Below are positions 1 through 14,947 of a stretch of DNA of 61,875 bases, one piece after another. The notes below the pieces were generated by a model. That model saw nothing but the letters and a program-made list of their open reading frames with translations. It did no database searches and was not told where the DNA came from. Positions within the stretch are counted from its first letter, which is position 1. Each line of letters opens with the position of its first letter. Origin of the DNA: Paraglomus brasilianum (Eukaryota); NCBI GenBank assembly GCA_910592345.1, contig CAJVPI010000068.1, positions 1-61,875 on the forward strand, written 5' to 3'. The translations under genes were made by a program, and so were the position numbers.

Positions 1-2901
1 TGTTCTTCAGGAGGTTATGTCTGCATATGTATTCTTCAACAGCTCTTGCCTGCCAAATGGCAGGCTGACAAAGACATGTAGTATGTAATTGAGTTTTAGG
101 TTTAGGTTTGCTTATGTATCTCGTTTGCGAATTCAATCTGGAGGCAAACTTGATGACTACTGTCAGCACAACTTGAAGGAAAAAAACTTCATGTATTTAG
201 CACACAGATGTAATTTTGGCAAGATAAATGAATTCAAGTTGGCGAGGAAAAATTTCTTGTCATTCAAGTCTTCTAAGTCGAATTGAAGCTAGACCATTAG
301 GGAGTGGCAATCTTTAGTTCGACTGACGTTTAGATGGGAAGACGATCGGATGGAACTGGAGTATGATCATGAGATACTGCTTGCTTTGTTCCCCCCAGGC
401 GGAAAAAATTAAGTTGGTTGTAAAATAATAAGTACCTGATCCATTGTTATCCAACAAGACCAACCTTTTCTCTAAAATATATGGTCTGCTTTCAGCTTTG
501 GGACTTCTTGTTCACCGTACATAACTCCCAAACAATTTATGGTTCTGTCATGAATTGCTCCGCAACATCAAGTAATTTTACCCGGGGGGAAGTACCAAAA
601 AGACAGGCAATTATATTTTATATTACATCAGTATCTGGTATGTCCTCCTTCAGCAGCGAATTTTATTTGGCATTGATCGCACCACGTCACGATATGCTTT
701 TTTCGAAAATCGCTTCCCAAATCTCTTTCGACCTGATCGTTTTTTGGAAAGTTTCCTGATTGATGAATCCTGCAACTTTTGCAATTTTGGTCTTATTGTG
801 GCCTAATTTTTTGGTTGCAATAATGCTTTCTTTTATGCAGAAGTTAATTCTTTACCAAGACCCTTACGCAAAAATTGAAATGATAGAGATTTTCAAAACA
901 AAGTGTAAAAGATTAACTTAAAACAATAAACAGCAATCCATGTAGGTAATATAGGCGAATATAGGCGAATATTGTATAAGAATCACGTAGGCAATGCCAT
1001 ATTAAAATTTCGAACGTGAATACTTTTGATACTCCCCACATGTGATACAAAATCAGACACGCGCGGTGAGAAGACAGATAGAAGAGTATACAGTATGTGG
1101 GGCTTAAAATTTTATTTAACTTTAATCTGTCACATTTATTAACAGAATAATAATTATAAATAGAAGTAGAATTTCGCCATGTTCCAATGTTCTGCTGACC
1201 CTAAAATACTGATTATTCCGATTAATCGGAATAAAGTACTCTCTTCGCTGCTATATGGAACTTGCCTTAACTGTAAAACTTACGGTTACAATAAACGTCG
1301 GTGTGCGCACGTGTATTTCTATGATAACAAATTACGATCATTGTCGATTCTCTTGCTATTAGAAAGAACCCATCTAATAGAAGGACGAGATTTAGGGCCC
1401 AATTTAGAGTTATTGTTAACAAGAACGTATTATCACTTTAACTGGCCGTTCGTCCGGCATAACATTGTAAAGAATCATGTGATCTTTAATTAACATATTA
1501 ATATGGCTTGATAGCTTTATCTGTATATTTAATGACTATAACCAAAACATGATTTCCCCAAATTCATGGCTTATCATTTATGAAAAACATATTTCACTGA
1601 TACTAATTACTACAAGCAAACGCGATTTCGATTATATATTCAGTATTGTACGACTTTCTTATCATAATAAGGATATAAATATGCTCTTTCTGCTTGTCTT
1701 ATAACAATAGAGTTACTTATAACAATAGAGTTGAAGACCAAAACGAAATATCAGAAATTTCAAGTAATGTTTGCGGTTAATTATTCCCACTTACTATATA
1801 TTAAATGTTATTAAAGATAACAAAAAATAACGCTGTGGTATATCGATATATCAACCCCAGATATCTGAATCTTACAACTGTGCGACACTTCGATCTGCAG
1901 GGTTTTCTAATTATGCTTGCATAAAAAGTGGACGCATTATCCTATTTTTAAATTATCAATGCCATTTACATTCATTATCTCTATAGTTGTACCGTTTTCA
2001 ACTGTTGTAACACTTCCCAACGGGGCAAAATGACTCTTATCTTGCGCTTGATTTTGTTTAGTAGATGGGGCGAGATTCTATTTTTCATGATACTGTGACG
2101 CTACAAATCAAAAACCCATACTTTGAATTTGTTATGTATTTCGGGAATGCTTTTTGCGCGTTACATTGTATGCCAACATGCATACAAGACTTTCTACATG
2201 TAAAAAATCTACAATTCACTATTTTCGATGTTTACATCAAGAGTTCCGGAATACTACGTTTGCCCATCATCCTTTCGGGTTGTCATAATTTGGTGAAGCA
2301 TAATAACTTACATGGGTTTGCTCTATTTACAAGGATTAACAACATTGGAACATTAATTGCATTTGGCGTTGAATGCTTCCTCTGCTATACACCCAATCAG
2401 CAAAAAGTTGATTAGTCAAACACCAGCAATTGTGACATCATGTTCGCTTTAGTACATTATTCCTGAAGCAACTTTAGTGGTTATGAAGTAGTAGCAACGA
2501 GGATCTGGCCAATTACGTGATTATGTACCGGGCGAAAACCTGATTTCGTATCAAATAATATTAATCTCATGTGTTCATCTGCAAGATGCGCGCCTTTCTT
2601 ATGACAACAAATTGTGCGCCTAATTACAGTTAAACAGTGTGAAAACATGAAACACGATCCGAGCATGCATAAGCTCGATTCATACAACTCGCAACAGTGA
2701 CAATCGCCGATTGCTGCATATACTTGAACCTAATATGGAACCACTAGTCGACTATACGGCACTTTAAGTTATACAGGCACAGTCAACTAACAAACAAATG
2801 GCATTCACTTATATGTTGTTGTAGATCACGAGCATGTATTTGTAGGTATGATAGTAATATTCTCAGCGTAGAGAAACAAAATAACAATGGGGTATTGGAT
2901 G

Positions 2902-2935
2902 AAATATATATATGTATATATATATATATATATAT
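2902..2935. repeat. (TA)n microsatellite
   Basis: atatatatatgtatatatatatatatatatat. Confidence 0.9.
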
Positions 2936-4030
2936 TCAATCTATATATAATTCAATCTATAAGTAGAATAAGTTGATTGTAAAAACTTAGTGCAATGAAA
3001 ATGTGTAAAAGAGGGGGGAACTTAGAGCGTAGACATAAAATATGACATTAAAGGAAGGTGGATTAGGTCTCATTCCAAGTTTAGAAAACCTTTACAATAG
3101 TTTGAATTGAACCTTTCAGTTTTCACAGCGTTGAAAAAACTGTCAGAACTTTATAGGTTTTTATGGTAGACTGAATCTACGAGAACGTGTTGAAAGTCTA
3201 AAAGTCTAGCAATAAAGAAAAGCAAAAACGTTGATGCTCTATATAGTTGAAAAAGAAATTCGGATTTTTGTATTGTCTAAAAGAGAAAAAAAAGAATAAG
3301 TCTATAAGTTGAACAAAACTCTGTACATTATAATATATATAATGGTTATACACAGCAAAGAAAGTTAAGATATAAAGGAAAAACAAAAAAAATATAAACC
3401 AAGGCATTACAAATAAAAGTCCTAATCATATATCGTATATATATATATATGAAACTGGTATTTGCAAGAATGGATAAGAATGGGTGGTGACATTAAGTCT
3501 ATCTCAAAATGAAACCAGCAGATGAAATAACTTCTTTTGAAAAAGAAAAAAGCGCTTGATACGGGAAACCAGCCACAAGACCAAGCCTTTTTGTATCTTT
3601 GTTCTTTAGTGTTTCTTACAATTAAGAAACCAATTACTAATTTCCTTGCACCGTCGCCGCACACTTACAAATCCCCCATCGAATCCATATGAACATTACC
3701 AAAAAAAGAAAAAGAAAAGAAGTTCAGTGACAAAAGGAAAAGCAAAAAATAAAAGGGAAAGCTAAAGAATTATAACAATTAAGAAAGTATAAATGGTAAA
3801 GGGAAAGGCAAGAGAACTGTATTGAAATACAACACATCCCCGCCTCTTTTTTTTAAAAGAAATTTGACTACAACGATAAAAATCCCATCCGATCCCGCAC
3901 AATTAACTAAAACACCTATTCATAAATCACAACCCCGCTTGCACGTGTAAGTAATTAAAAACATTCGTCCCCATGCCAACAGCATTAACAACACACATTC
4001 CCGGCGTACACCCATAACGCACACACCATT

Positions 4031-5176
4031 TTACAATCTTAAAGTAGTGTAGATTGCATTCAACTGCCGCTGATCTTCACTGTTTCGAGTATTATCCCAT
4101 CGAATGTCTTGTGGTGGCAGCTGAGTAGGTGGAGGATAACTACTTGGGAAAGACAATTGCTGAGGTTGAGGGAAAGTGAACCTCCCGTTAGGAATATTGA
4201 TCGGTGCCGACCCAACGTAACTTGAAGTATCGCTACCCCCCGGTTGGATAAATTTAGCTGGTGGATAAATGGCCATCGACGGTGTTGATGATGTTGTTGG
4301 CGGCGTTGTCGTTGTAGCAGTAGTTGATCCATTTCTTCTGAAATGATCCACGAATTCTTCTTCTGTAGTCGATGGTGAAGATGAGATCGAAGGAGTAGAG
4401 CATGCCGAGTGTGAGTCTATTTGCATTGGATCCGAACCAGATAATCTATGTGCGGCGTGAATATGTGAATGATGGTGGAGAGCCCAGGGATAAGGCGGGG
4501 TGCTGCCGTCACTTGAGAAAGTTGGGTGACTGTGTTGGTGTTGATGGTGTGGATGGTGTGGATGATGTGGATGATGGTGGTGAGCATGGTGCTGACCGGC
4601 GTAGTGCATATGACCGGCGTTGTCGACACTGGACGTTTCTGGGTACATTCCCTTGGGGATTGTGATTGATTTTAGTTTTTCGTCTTGACTTGGTATCTGT
4701 AGTTTATTATTTATTACGTCTGCCTTAGTATAATAGCAGATAAGATGCAATTTCTGGTGATTACTGGCTGTAATAGAAAAGCTTTGTTTAACTAATCCGC
4801 CGTGCTTGTATCTACTGCATTGTTCCGTCGTACTTGAAATTTTCTTCCCCTGGTAGCTCTCACTTGAGTCTGTATCTTCACTAGAAAGATCGTTAAGGTT
4901 GTTGCTCCCGCGTGATCCTGATTTTCGTTTTGATTCTAGTTCTCTGTATGTGAGAAACGAGCCACTAACGCGGGAAGCTGACCATGACTTTCCGTCAGTC
5001 CAACGGCGCATACCAGCTTCACGTTCGTCCCAGACGAAGACTGAACCCGAGCGAATTTGCGAGCGTTCTTTCTCGGAGAGACGACGTTGTATGCGATTTA
5101 AGCCGCCTAAACGACAGGCTTCGAATAGTATGATGGCGTCTTGGGGTGCTTTGACGTAACCGTAGTATGTCTCCAT
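4031..5176 (-). CDS. WOPR-box (Gti1/Pac2, Wor1/Ryp1 family) transcription factor, intronless, 381 aa
   Basis: METYYGYVKAPQDAIILFEACRLG...RRLSEKERSQIRSGSVFVWDEREAGMRRWTDGKSWSASRVSGSFLTYRE (WOPRa) and YKHGGLVKQSFS...KLHLICYY (WOPRb); His/Ser/Pro-rich tail; C-terminal EDQRQLNA motif as in Pac2-type members. Confidence 0.96.
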   Translation of the reverse strand: METYYGYVKAPQDAIILFEACRLGGLNRIQRRLSEKERSQIRSGSVFVWDEREAGMRRWTDGKSWSASRVSGSFLTYRELESKRKSGSRGSNNLNDLSSEDTDSSESYQGKKISSTTEQCSRYKHGGLVKQSFSITASNHQKLHLICYYTKADVINNKLQIPSQDEKLKSITIPKGMYPETSSVDNAGHMHYAGQHHAHHHHPHHPHHPHHQHQHSHPTFSSDGSTPPYPWALHHHSHIHAAHRLSGSDPMQIDSHSACSTPSISSSPSTTEEEFVDHFRRNGSTTATTTTPPTTSSTPSMAIYPPAKFIQPGGSDTSSYVGSAPINIPNGRFTFPQPQQLSFPSSYPPPTQLPPQDIRWDNTRNSEDQRQLNAIYTTLRL

Positions 5177-8100
5177 TGAAATTTATTTTAGGTAGTCTAT
5201 TGTTGATGTTGATATATGTGTTGTGTGTAGTGTGTAGAATGTTGTATTTAAAATGTCTAGCTGGTGAATAAGAACGAACGTTGGAAATTGCGAAATAAAC
5301 AAGTCAGTATTTGAGCAAGTTGAAACATACAAAAAATAAATAAATAAAATAGTATGACAAGACTATTTTTCAGTACGCTATGGTACGTCTTTAAATATTC
5401 ACAGTATGCGAGAGAGAGAGAGAGAGGGGGGGAGGAGGGGGGAGAAGAAGAAGAAGAAGAAGGCAATAATAGCGTAGACACTCGGACTCTTTACGACCTA
5501 CCCAGAGGACTGGAGCCTAACTACACAGATTCTTATTTCCTCTCTCTCTCTCTAATGCGCCTTGTCATATGTGCTCTTTTACTTTTGATACTTACCAAAA
5601 GAGTTTTGTTACTCTATAGTCTAAGAAGTAGTAAATTTCAGCCCTCCGCAAGAGTTGAGAGTGTGGGTTTTTTGTATGTTCTCAACAACAGTAGTGGAAT
5701 TGTTGCGTGCTTATGGTTGAAGTTCTTGGATTATAAGTTGTAGAGAGATTCTTTGGCCAGTCAATGACCAAAAAGTAAGCGATTTAGAGAGAAAAAAAAA
5801 GGCTGGTGGGGAAGGAAGAGATAAATGAGTATGGACCTTATAAATCGATTTAGAGTTGAAGGAAATTGGGGGCTCGCAGGATAAATAGATAAATAACAAC
5901 GTATAAATAAATAGTAAGAGTATGAGAGATGTTACACAGTATATATTTAAATGTTTATAATCTACACTCTATTACATAATATGCAATCATAGGCTATTTA
6001 TATTAATTAGAATAGGTTTATTTATGTTATTGCCACTCGGAATGAATGATTTTACAATAACAACGGCGATGAATAAAGAATGATTTACTAATCCCGTTAT
6101 TATTAATGTGGTTGAATAGGAGTATATTTTAATAATCACTGTTCATTTTTATACTTCATTCTATTATTATTTAATTGTTTAAGTGTATCGATGACAGATT
6201 GGTCAACAGGCCATGAATAAAAATGTTTATTGAATTTATGCTTATTACGTGATTATCCAATACATACACATCCATAACTCTCCTCTTAATAATCCCCATC
6301 ACCTGACTTGTCTCATATCAATCGTATCTATGGACAGATATGTGTATGTGTGGAGGCATTTATCCTAATGTGTGTATGTGTGAAGGCATTTACACATTAT
6401 CATCATGACATCACTCGACAACCTAATAGTCTAGAACATCTCACACCTTTACTACAAATATATGCATCTGCCATTGTTATATATAAAGTGTATACCCACA
6501 AAAAAAATTGTTCTTTGTAGGATGTGATCATCGTAGTAACATCATAGCCTATGAAACGTATGCAGGTGTCTGCCACCAAAAGTAGAACAAAAATAGCATT
6601 GATAAAGGAGAGCGTTTTTTTCGATATGAAAGTGGAAAATGAGGTTGCATTGGATAGTATGCAACATGCGGGAGCTGTTAGTATGTGCGTAATACTACGT
6701 GAGCAAAGGCGTAAACATGTATCGTTCTATTTGGTTTCTATAATATCTCACGATTTCACCAGCATTCTAATGTAAGCGCTCATGTATTTTCCGAATGCCG
6801 TAAATTTAATTAATACATGTTACCCCATTTGTATGTGGATCGTTAGATAAAAGCCAAGTCAAGTGACCAAGTCAAGTAGCCAAGTAGTCGGCAGCAAGTA
6901 ATGAGATTTATGATATGATAACCCAAATGTTTAGAGGGGAGAGGAAGGGAAAGAAGTAAAGTTGTTGTCGTTCGTCGCTTGTCGTCGGACGCGATGATAT
7001 ACATTTTCGTGATTACCCAGTTTCCCATTCATGTATCATGGACTTTTTATTATGTAACCTCTTTTTTTTTTTTTTCCTCCTCTTTTCTCCCCCCCTTATG
7101 CAGTGTGTTATCATCCTTATCAGTTTGTTAGTATTTTGAGTTATAGTTGTTGCAGCGTCTACTTCTATAAATAGTTATTGTGTGATAACAATAAAACAAA
7201 GATATATTACATATAACGTCATATTTGACTATGTTTTGTACCTGCAAACATCAATATAGAATAAACATATTATGCATCATAAATTATAATTCTCTGGATG
7301 TTTGATTAGCCAAGTACAGCTAATTTATCGCCATAATATGCTTAGCACTTGCTAATCTCGTTGACATACCGAGACTGCATGATATCAGTCTGTCTCATTG
7401 TCGGTTACCCACATTTACGTTGTAGCTATTCGTTGATCACCTTCCCGCAATACCATATTTGACTTTGAATGTTCTGTGTATAGTAGTAAACTGAGTTAAT
7501 TGACGGAATATCACTTCATACGGAAATTAAATCCATTTAATTAGACCATGAATGGCGGATGGATGGAGAAATCGCTTGATAAATTTGACCGGACGGATAA
7601 AGTTGCTAATTAATTGGCTTGATGAATAATAAACATACTGTTTACTGATGCAGTAGTACATCATATTGGCAATATATTTTTTATATTAGCCTTATTTGTT
7701 TAATAGTGCTAAAAAGAGCTTGCTCATCTTTTCTTATCAAAGACCTCGCTTATCTCATATTAATTGTATCAAAACTTGCTTATCTTGATTGAGGCTTTTT
7801 TCGACTTGTGTGTATCACTAGGCTCAATCAGCAAGTAATGAACACAATTTGTCTAGAGATGAGCTAATTGGATAACGTATTAGTGCTGATGCGTTGGTAA
7901 TCTAATTGGCAACAATAGTAAATATAAATACAATGATAAATTATACAGCATTATCCATCATCTTTTATATTTATCGTGTGTCTCCTTTTCTTTAAGTTAT
8001 CAGCAATGACAAGATGTTGTGGATCGATGTGATTGCTTGTGTGCCATTTTCATTAAGCTTAATTCTTTTCAAGCGTTTAAAATATAATTAAAAGTCTAAA

Positions 8101-8699
8101 GGTGGGCTCGCAGAACCCGGCTTTATCCGTCAATAAACTGTTGCTGTATTTTTTACAATACTATGCAAATTATTACACCATTATGAGTGGTTTCATGTTG
8201 GATGCACAGGGTTTAACATTTGGGGCATACAAATAATGGAAGAGTTGAGCGAGTGAATGAATGAATGAATGACGAATGAGTGGGTGGGTGAGTAGGTGAT
8301 TGAGTGACGATTTATCCATTATATTGCCGTCATTTCGGTGTGATACTATTTATAATATTATCATATACAATCTACCGTCGACTTGAAGATCTTGTGATAT
8401 TCTGGTGAGTTAGATAAGATTTTGCCAAGTAATCACACAACGTGATACAATACATGTCAAACGACTTATCTGTTACAATTGACGCAAGTCGGGTTTGGCA
8501 AATTATCGTTAGTGGAAGGCACTCGGAATACTCAAAATACAAAGGGGATAGTGCATTCCGATTTGTGTGATAATTACCCCAATATCATATTATGATTTGG
8601 AATCCTACATGTGAGGTATTCCCAAATTCTATTAGTACCGTGTGAGAATGAGGTGTGGATCACGTGAAAAATTCATTATCACACATGCAAAAAGCAGAC

Positions 8700-8769
8700 T
8701 ATTATTGTTGTTGTTGTGTTATTATTATTATTGTTGTTGTTGTTGTTATTATTATTATTGTTGTTGTTG

Positions 8770-8800
<31 letters not shown>
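8700..8800. repeat. Compound (TTA)n/(TTG)n microsatellite
   Basis: Alternating runs of tta and ttg triplets over ~100 bp. Confidence 0.95.
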
Positions 8801-11800
8801 CTTTTATTAATCGGGATTTGACAAAAAGTTTTTTCCACTAGATTAGTATTAAACATTTTATTATTTATACCAAATATTTAACCAACTTTAATCACTTTTA
8901 CATTTACAAATTGTCTATTAGGCTGATGCAAGCCATTTGCGGCTACTTCAAACGACCAGCATCTTATTGTCTATAAACAGCAACCTTACCAATCGGTCTT
9001 ATTCTCAAACCAAGCCTCGTGAAAAAACTGTGCGGTAACCTAGAAGGAATAGACGCAACTTTGGGGTGGACGGTACACTAGACAACTCATATGAAATAAT
9101 ACAGTAATCAAGTGATAATACAGATGTAGCATTTATTTTCAAGTACAAACTTAGAAACTTAAGTTTTGCTTATTCGATAAATCAGTTAATTTGACCGCTG
9201 CAGTCGAACACTGATTAGCTTTATCCTCTGACATGTTCCATATTTAATTAATAAATAACTTCCAACTCGATCAACATACCTGCATTGCTGTGGGAAAAAT
9301 AAAGAGGGTAATCGGATGAATCGAAGATAATTAGGGACAGCACAACAAGTATGGTATACTTACACAGCATTCGAAAAAGACAACTTTTTTTTGTTTACCC
9401 ATTATTAACTATCAATTGTGCTTAATCGACGTATCCCTTGTTATCTGTTTCGATCAACAAACATTATGTGCGCACTGTGATTGACTTTCCGTTATAATAA
9501 TAACCTTATCACATGTGGATAAATGTAAATTACGTTCTTCACTGTCACTGAGGGGAAGAAGAAGAAGAAGAAGAAAAGAACAATTGGTGTCTTCTCTACA
9601 ATTAGTATTCGCAGGCGAGGGAACCAACTTAAATGATGGTAACTTGGTTCTGAGCAACATAAGGAAGGATTGGGTAAACGTCTCGCGTGAACGATAGCCA
9701 TATTAGTATACCAAGTCATTTTAAAGGATTGGGACTCGCTCTCGCAGTCTAACCATAAAAATATTCACTATGAAAAAATTTCATTGTTATTAACACACAT
9801 TGGAAGACATGTTTAACTCATGTCTATCACAACAGCTCATGTCTATCACAACTTGGTTCATCCACACATCTTTCACTTTCGCATATCACCACCAACCAAC
9901 CTCCTTTGCTATTTTCTCAAATAGCAACCAAGCACATGTCAACCGTGAGAAATTGGATGAGTAATGTCAGGATTGGGTTATTTTAAACGAGGGCAATCAA
10001 TGATAAGCTTATCGGCAAATCTCCCTCGCATTTGTCATATCACGTGGTGGATTGTACAATGGTGGAAAGATAGTAAAAAAGCACAGAAAGAACTCGATTT
10101 TACGAAGGTACAATATGTATGGGAATAGAATTCAACAACATGTAAAGGAAACGAATTTGTTACAATTAATAATTAAGTCAACAGCATTAATAGTTTTGCA
10201 TTTGCTTTCGATAGAGAGCTTCAAGTAGGTGGGGCATAAGGTTTATGTGATTGTTAGGAAAACGTTTCATCTCTACCATCCAATAGATACATAGTTCGTC
10301 AACAATAATCTAATTAATTTACCCGTCAAAGTCTTAACCTTTAACTGTCAATCGTTAATTGGTCCGTTCATCATTAGTTTTTTACTCAATGTTTAAAAAG
10401 CCCATTCGATAGTTTCAACAACGTCAAGATTATTTGCAAAATGTACCATGTGTAAAGTTTAATTTGAGTTTTCTTATTATATTGACACCAGAAAGGAAAC
10501 GGGCAGTGCACCAAACAACAGGGGAGCAAACTTCACTATTGTTGTAACATAAAGCGTAATTCGCATAATTCATAATACTCATTGACTATAATTATTTGTG
10601 CTGCTTTTAGCCCATTGATTAAGTCAAAACAAAAAAAAAAAGATAAGGTTTTTCCTTGTCCCGTTTCACAGATTTCCTTTATTTCTCCTTCCCCCCTCGA
10701 ACGAAAAAAAAAAAAGTTTAAAACCTTTTCGCTTTATTACTATCAGATCATGAATATTAAAGTTATTTAATAGAGGACAAACAAAATACAAGTTGGATAA
10801 TAAGCTACAAGACCGAGGATTGTTGTTATTTAGAAATAAAAATCATGCATATACTCCCTCACTTATGTAATTGATAATTAACGTTAGATTCTCTTATAGA
10901 AACTCACATTGCATGTATCCCCTGCCTATAATTACCATTCTCTTCGACGTTGTCTTTTCCCCGTGTATGACACGTACCAACGGAAAATTTTTTCCATTGA
11001 CGAGAGACGCTTTGGAGGAAATTTTCAATCAGGGGTAAAGAACCGCATGCGGAAAGAGAAAAGAACAAAAAGGAGAAGGAAAGTGTTTCATTTTTTGACG
11101 GGTGATAGATAACTATATGTAAATATTCCCTATCTGATAGGTTGCTTTGTCATCATGTAAATAAATAATACTATCAATCAGGTAATTGTTAGAATGCAGA
11201 TGGGTAATAGACTTTTTGAAAACGCGGATATGGATGTAAACGTGATTGGATGTTTGTTTGTTTCTTTTTTTCGTTTGACATCAACCCCTCCCCCTCCCCC
11301 CACCCCTCAATCTTCCCCTCAATCTCTTTTATTTTTCTTCTTCTTCCCGTCATTCATTATGCTCATATTGGGAATAGCCGAATGAACAGTTCGATAGAAG
11401 GCATCGATGGAACTATTTGGCGCTGTAATGTTTGATCACGTGATACTACACAGGGGTCTAGCCCTTTACCATGGAGGAGTGTTGTGCTCCTCAGCCCAAC
11501 AAGTTCCTCATAGGGCAATTCACCTGCAGATGTAGTCTGTCACTGTTCAACTAAAGCTTATAAATACATAAATAAACAAAATAAATAATGTTTATCAAAA
11601 AAGAAAATGTTTATGACCGCCCAGACGTTTCACAATTAGGAAGATATACGCCAAGACTGATATCTGTTTGTGTGCGGTCAGTCAGTCGTACATCCCATTG
11701 CATTTCGCAGGTCTTGGCCATTGGACAAATTCACCCGGAAACCCTCTTTCCTTTTACGCTTATTGTTATTCCCTTAAAAGCACAATCTGCTGCCAGCCCG

Positions 11801-13311
11801 GTTTCTTTTCTGCTCGGGTTTATGTTAATCCAACCCGCGGATTTACTTTTGCTGAACTGCAGCAAATTTCCCTAAAAGGATTTATAAACCGCAGTACATC
11901 AGAACACAAGACTTTTCGATTTGCGGGTAATAATAGCGCGTTTGACATTTTAATACCGATTGGCGTGATGTTTCCATGGTTCGATACTGGAGAATTTTCT
12001 TTTTCTATTTTTAACTAACGTGGTGTATCCGAGTTTGAGGGCGTAACAAAGCCAAACATGCCTTTGCAAGGTCAATGTCAATGATATGATATATGGCATG
12101 CACATTAAAATGGTTGACCTTTAATGCAAATAACGAATAACACACTAGTATTAGTTGTACGTGCGTTGTCCCATTTTGAAATATGCGTACGGAATTCCCG
12201 GTGCTGTACTTTGAGACAAGCATGTTATTAATCCAAGAATTTCCTTGCAATGTTTGTTTAAATATCACGATAAGCTTTATGGGAACCATTTTACTACACT
12301 AACACCGTTATGCATAAACAATAAATTTTAATTTCGGCTCAAGTTAACATCTACAATGAAAGATATTTACCTTACAAAAACTTTATTCTTCCACTTGTTT
12401 GATAAGCAATTTCGTGCACTAACATGCATTATACAAATGCGTACATAGTATAGACGTGCTTCATTAACGACCTCTTTCAGATTTATTCGACAAATCCGGG
12501 CTTTGGAAAAGCAATGGAGTTGGTACAAAATATTGTTTATACTGTGTATTCAGTTGTTTAACTCAACGACAGTATTTTAATAATACTGTATTATTAATGT
12601 ACCAACTCTGATTCAACACTCAAAACATTGTATTTCTTTGAATGACTTGTCTAGGGTCCAGATAATTAAATCAACAATTCAAAATTGGGTTAAATTATAT
12701 GCCATCAAAATAACAGTATATACTGTTCTAACCTAACTTTGCTAATAGGTTTGACTATTTGATATAATTTTAAGTTGGTTTTTAAAGCTGTGAAAATTAT
12801 TATAATTGCAACAGGTAATGTTGAGTTTGAATGGGCATACTAATACCAAATATCAGTAACTTTTAAGCAGAGGATTATCGGGTTATTTACTTAAGAAACA
12901 GTACTGCAACAAAGATAGCTTCTCATAATATCTCTCTTTATTGGGTTATGCAACTGAAATTCTGTTGATTTTTATTCATACTTTGTATGTGAGGTCTTCT
13001 TATGCATAAATTACAATATTAATATAACAGTGACTTATTAAACAACACTGGACAATATTTTACTGTTGATACAAATTAATTTACAAATAAAAATGAACAA
13101 CTAGCTAAAAGTGATGTTATTAATTTATGTTTTCAGATGCTAAAATTTGACATTATAATATAATTATGGTTCAGTATGTAAAACCAATTCTTGACTGCAT
13201 ATATGTAAACCTACCAACAGGTTCTAAATAATTGGCATTTTAGAGAAGTTGGCTAACTTGAAATTAGGATTTTTTAACATACTAGCTCTTAGCTAAAACA
13301 TAATGTGGCTA

Positions 13312-13455
13312 TACAGTCAACTCTGTCTATACCGGCCTTTTTTATACCGATTTCGCCTTATACCGGTCCAATTTTGATGCACCAAAAGATTATATATTAA
13401 CCCACCCCTTATAACAGCTGAATCGTATACCGGTCTCTCGTTATAACGGCGCCGG
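13312..13455 (+). mobile_element. pogo/Tigger-like (Tc1/mariner superfamily) terminal inverted repeat relic
   Basis: TA|CAGTCAACTCTG start followed by repeated TTATA(C/A)CG sub-terminal motifs; the same 14-mer occurs reverse-complemented at 27940-27953 and 59286-59299. Confidence 0.6.
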
Positions 13456-14947
13456 TAATAATTTAGCTGACTGCCAAGCATTAGACCATTTTGGAAAATA
13501 AATGTGTTGTTGTTAAAAAGTTTTAACAGTCATCCTCCCTACGGTCATGCTGTTGGGAACAATGCAACTTCGTGCTTATAGAGGGGGTAGGGTTGACTAT
13601 ATTGGAATATTAAAAATGTATGTTTATTCACTAACCATAATTATAATCCAATTTTTGAACCTGTTTGCGAAACGGCTTTCGATTTCTTCCTTTCTCATTG
13701 TACAGGAAGTTATTCGAACACTAGCATATATTTATGTAGAGCCAACGAATATAATGTGGTTCGCTACATATTCTCACAACTTTGATTGGTGTACAATTAC
13801 GCGGTGAATCCGCTCAGTGAATGGTGTATAGTAAAACAAACGATTTCTATCGATTGTTACAGACCCGCCCCCTCTTCCGCCTCTCATTAAGCACATTGAA
13901 GTTTCCCATATGTTGTCTATGAGGTGAGGAAACACTAATACCAATCCAATCATTTGCAGCTTATTATCGAATTACGAAACGCCATCCACTCTGATTGACA
14001 TTTGTAAGTTTAGCGTCTCAAGTTAATAACCGAGTACATTTTTATATAGCTTGCGTTTCTGACATAAGAAATTACCTTAACAAGTTTTCATATTCATTTT
14101 AGTGCCTGCACAGTTTGTGCGCGTTGCATCAGTAGACCTTGACAAGAAAAGATCTGCCCGAGCTTTATTCTAATTATAGTCGGCCTGCATTTGCATAAGA
14201 ATGATTGGTGCGTACACACGTGCAATATTTCTAAACCGTCAGTGTCCTACGTTGAGTTTCAAATTTTATACTTGCCAACCCGTCATACTGGCAATAAACG
14301 TTATTACTACTAGAGTTATAGTGTATCAATGAGTGAGATAATTCATTCTACAACAGACTCGTTGCGTATGCTTGTAATACCTATACGATCGAGGCGTACC
14401 AATAACCCTATAATTCTGATGTAATATGGAATCTAATATGCATAACGTAGAGTGTGCGAACACGGAATCTGTGTAAAAGATAAACAGTTCTTGACTAAAA
14501 TGGTATACACCGGAAAATCGTTAAAAGTCGTTAAACTTCACATGTGCAGTAGACTTATATATAGTTACATTATTAAAATAACCCCATCTGCCAAGCAATT
14601 TTTAACAGATAAACAAGTATATAAATTACGACAATAATCGACATTGATTTTTAGGCCATCCATAAGATAATCTATTTTTTATCGTGTTTGTTATGTGGCT
14701 AGGACGTATCCTGTCCTAAAAGGGACTTTGGCACAACAAAATATTAATAGAGAAGTGCGTTGGATGAATTTGATTGGTTATTAATATCAGATATACGCAT
14801 GTCTATGCCGTCATTCAACAACGTATTGATTGTATTGTAATTTCCTAATTGTATATGTCATTGAACACTTGGTGTAACGAACCTGCCAATATACAATATG
14901 CAATTAGCAATATTATTCAACAATACAAAGGAATAAGGCTTTTGATA

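Noticed and set aside
89..3664. Short ORFs downstream of the WOPR gene
   Set aside because: Random-like or low-complexity composition, no splice-supported model and no motifs
11450..12290. Overlapping 92-116 aa ORFs in a GC-richer patch
   Set aside because: No coherent spliced model or identifiable motif; possibly old TE debris but I cannot support a call
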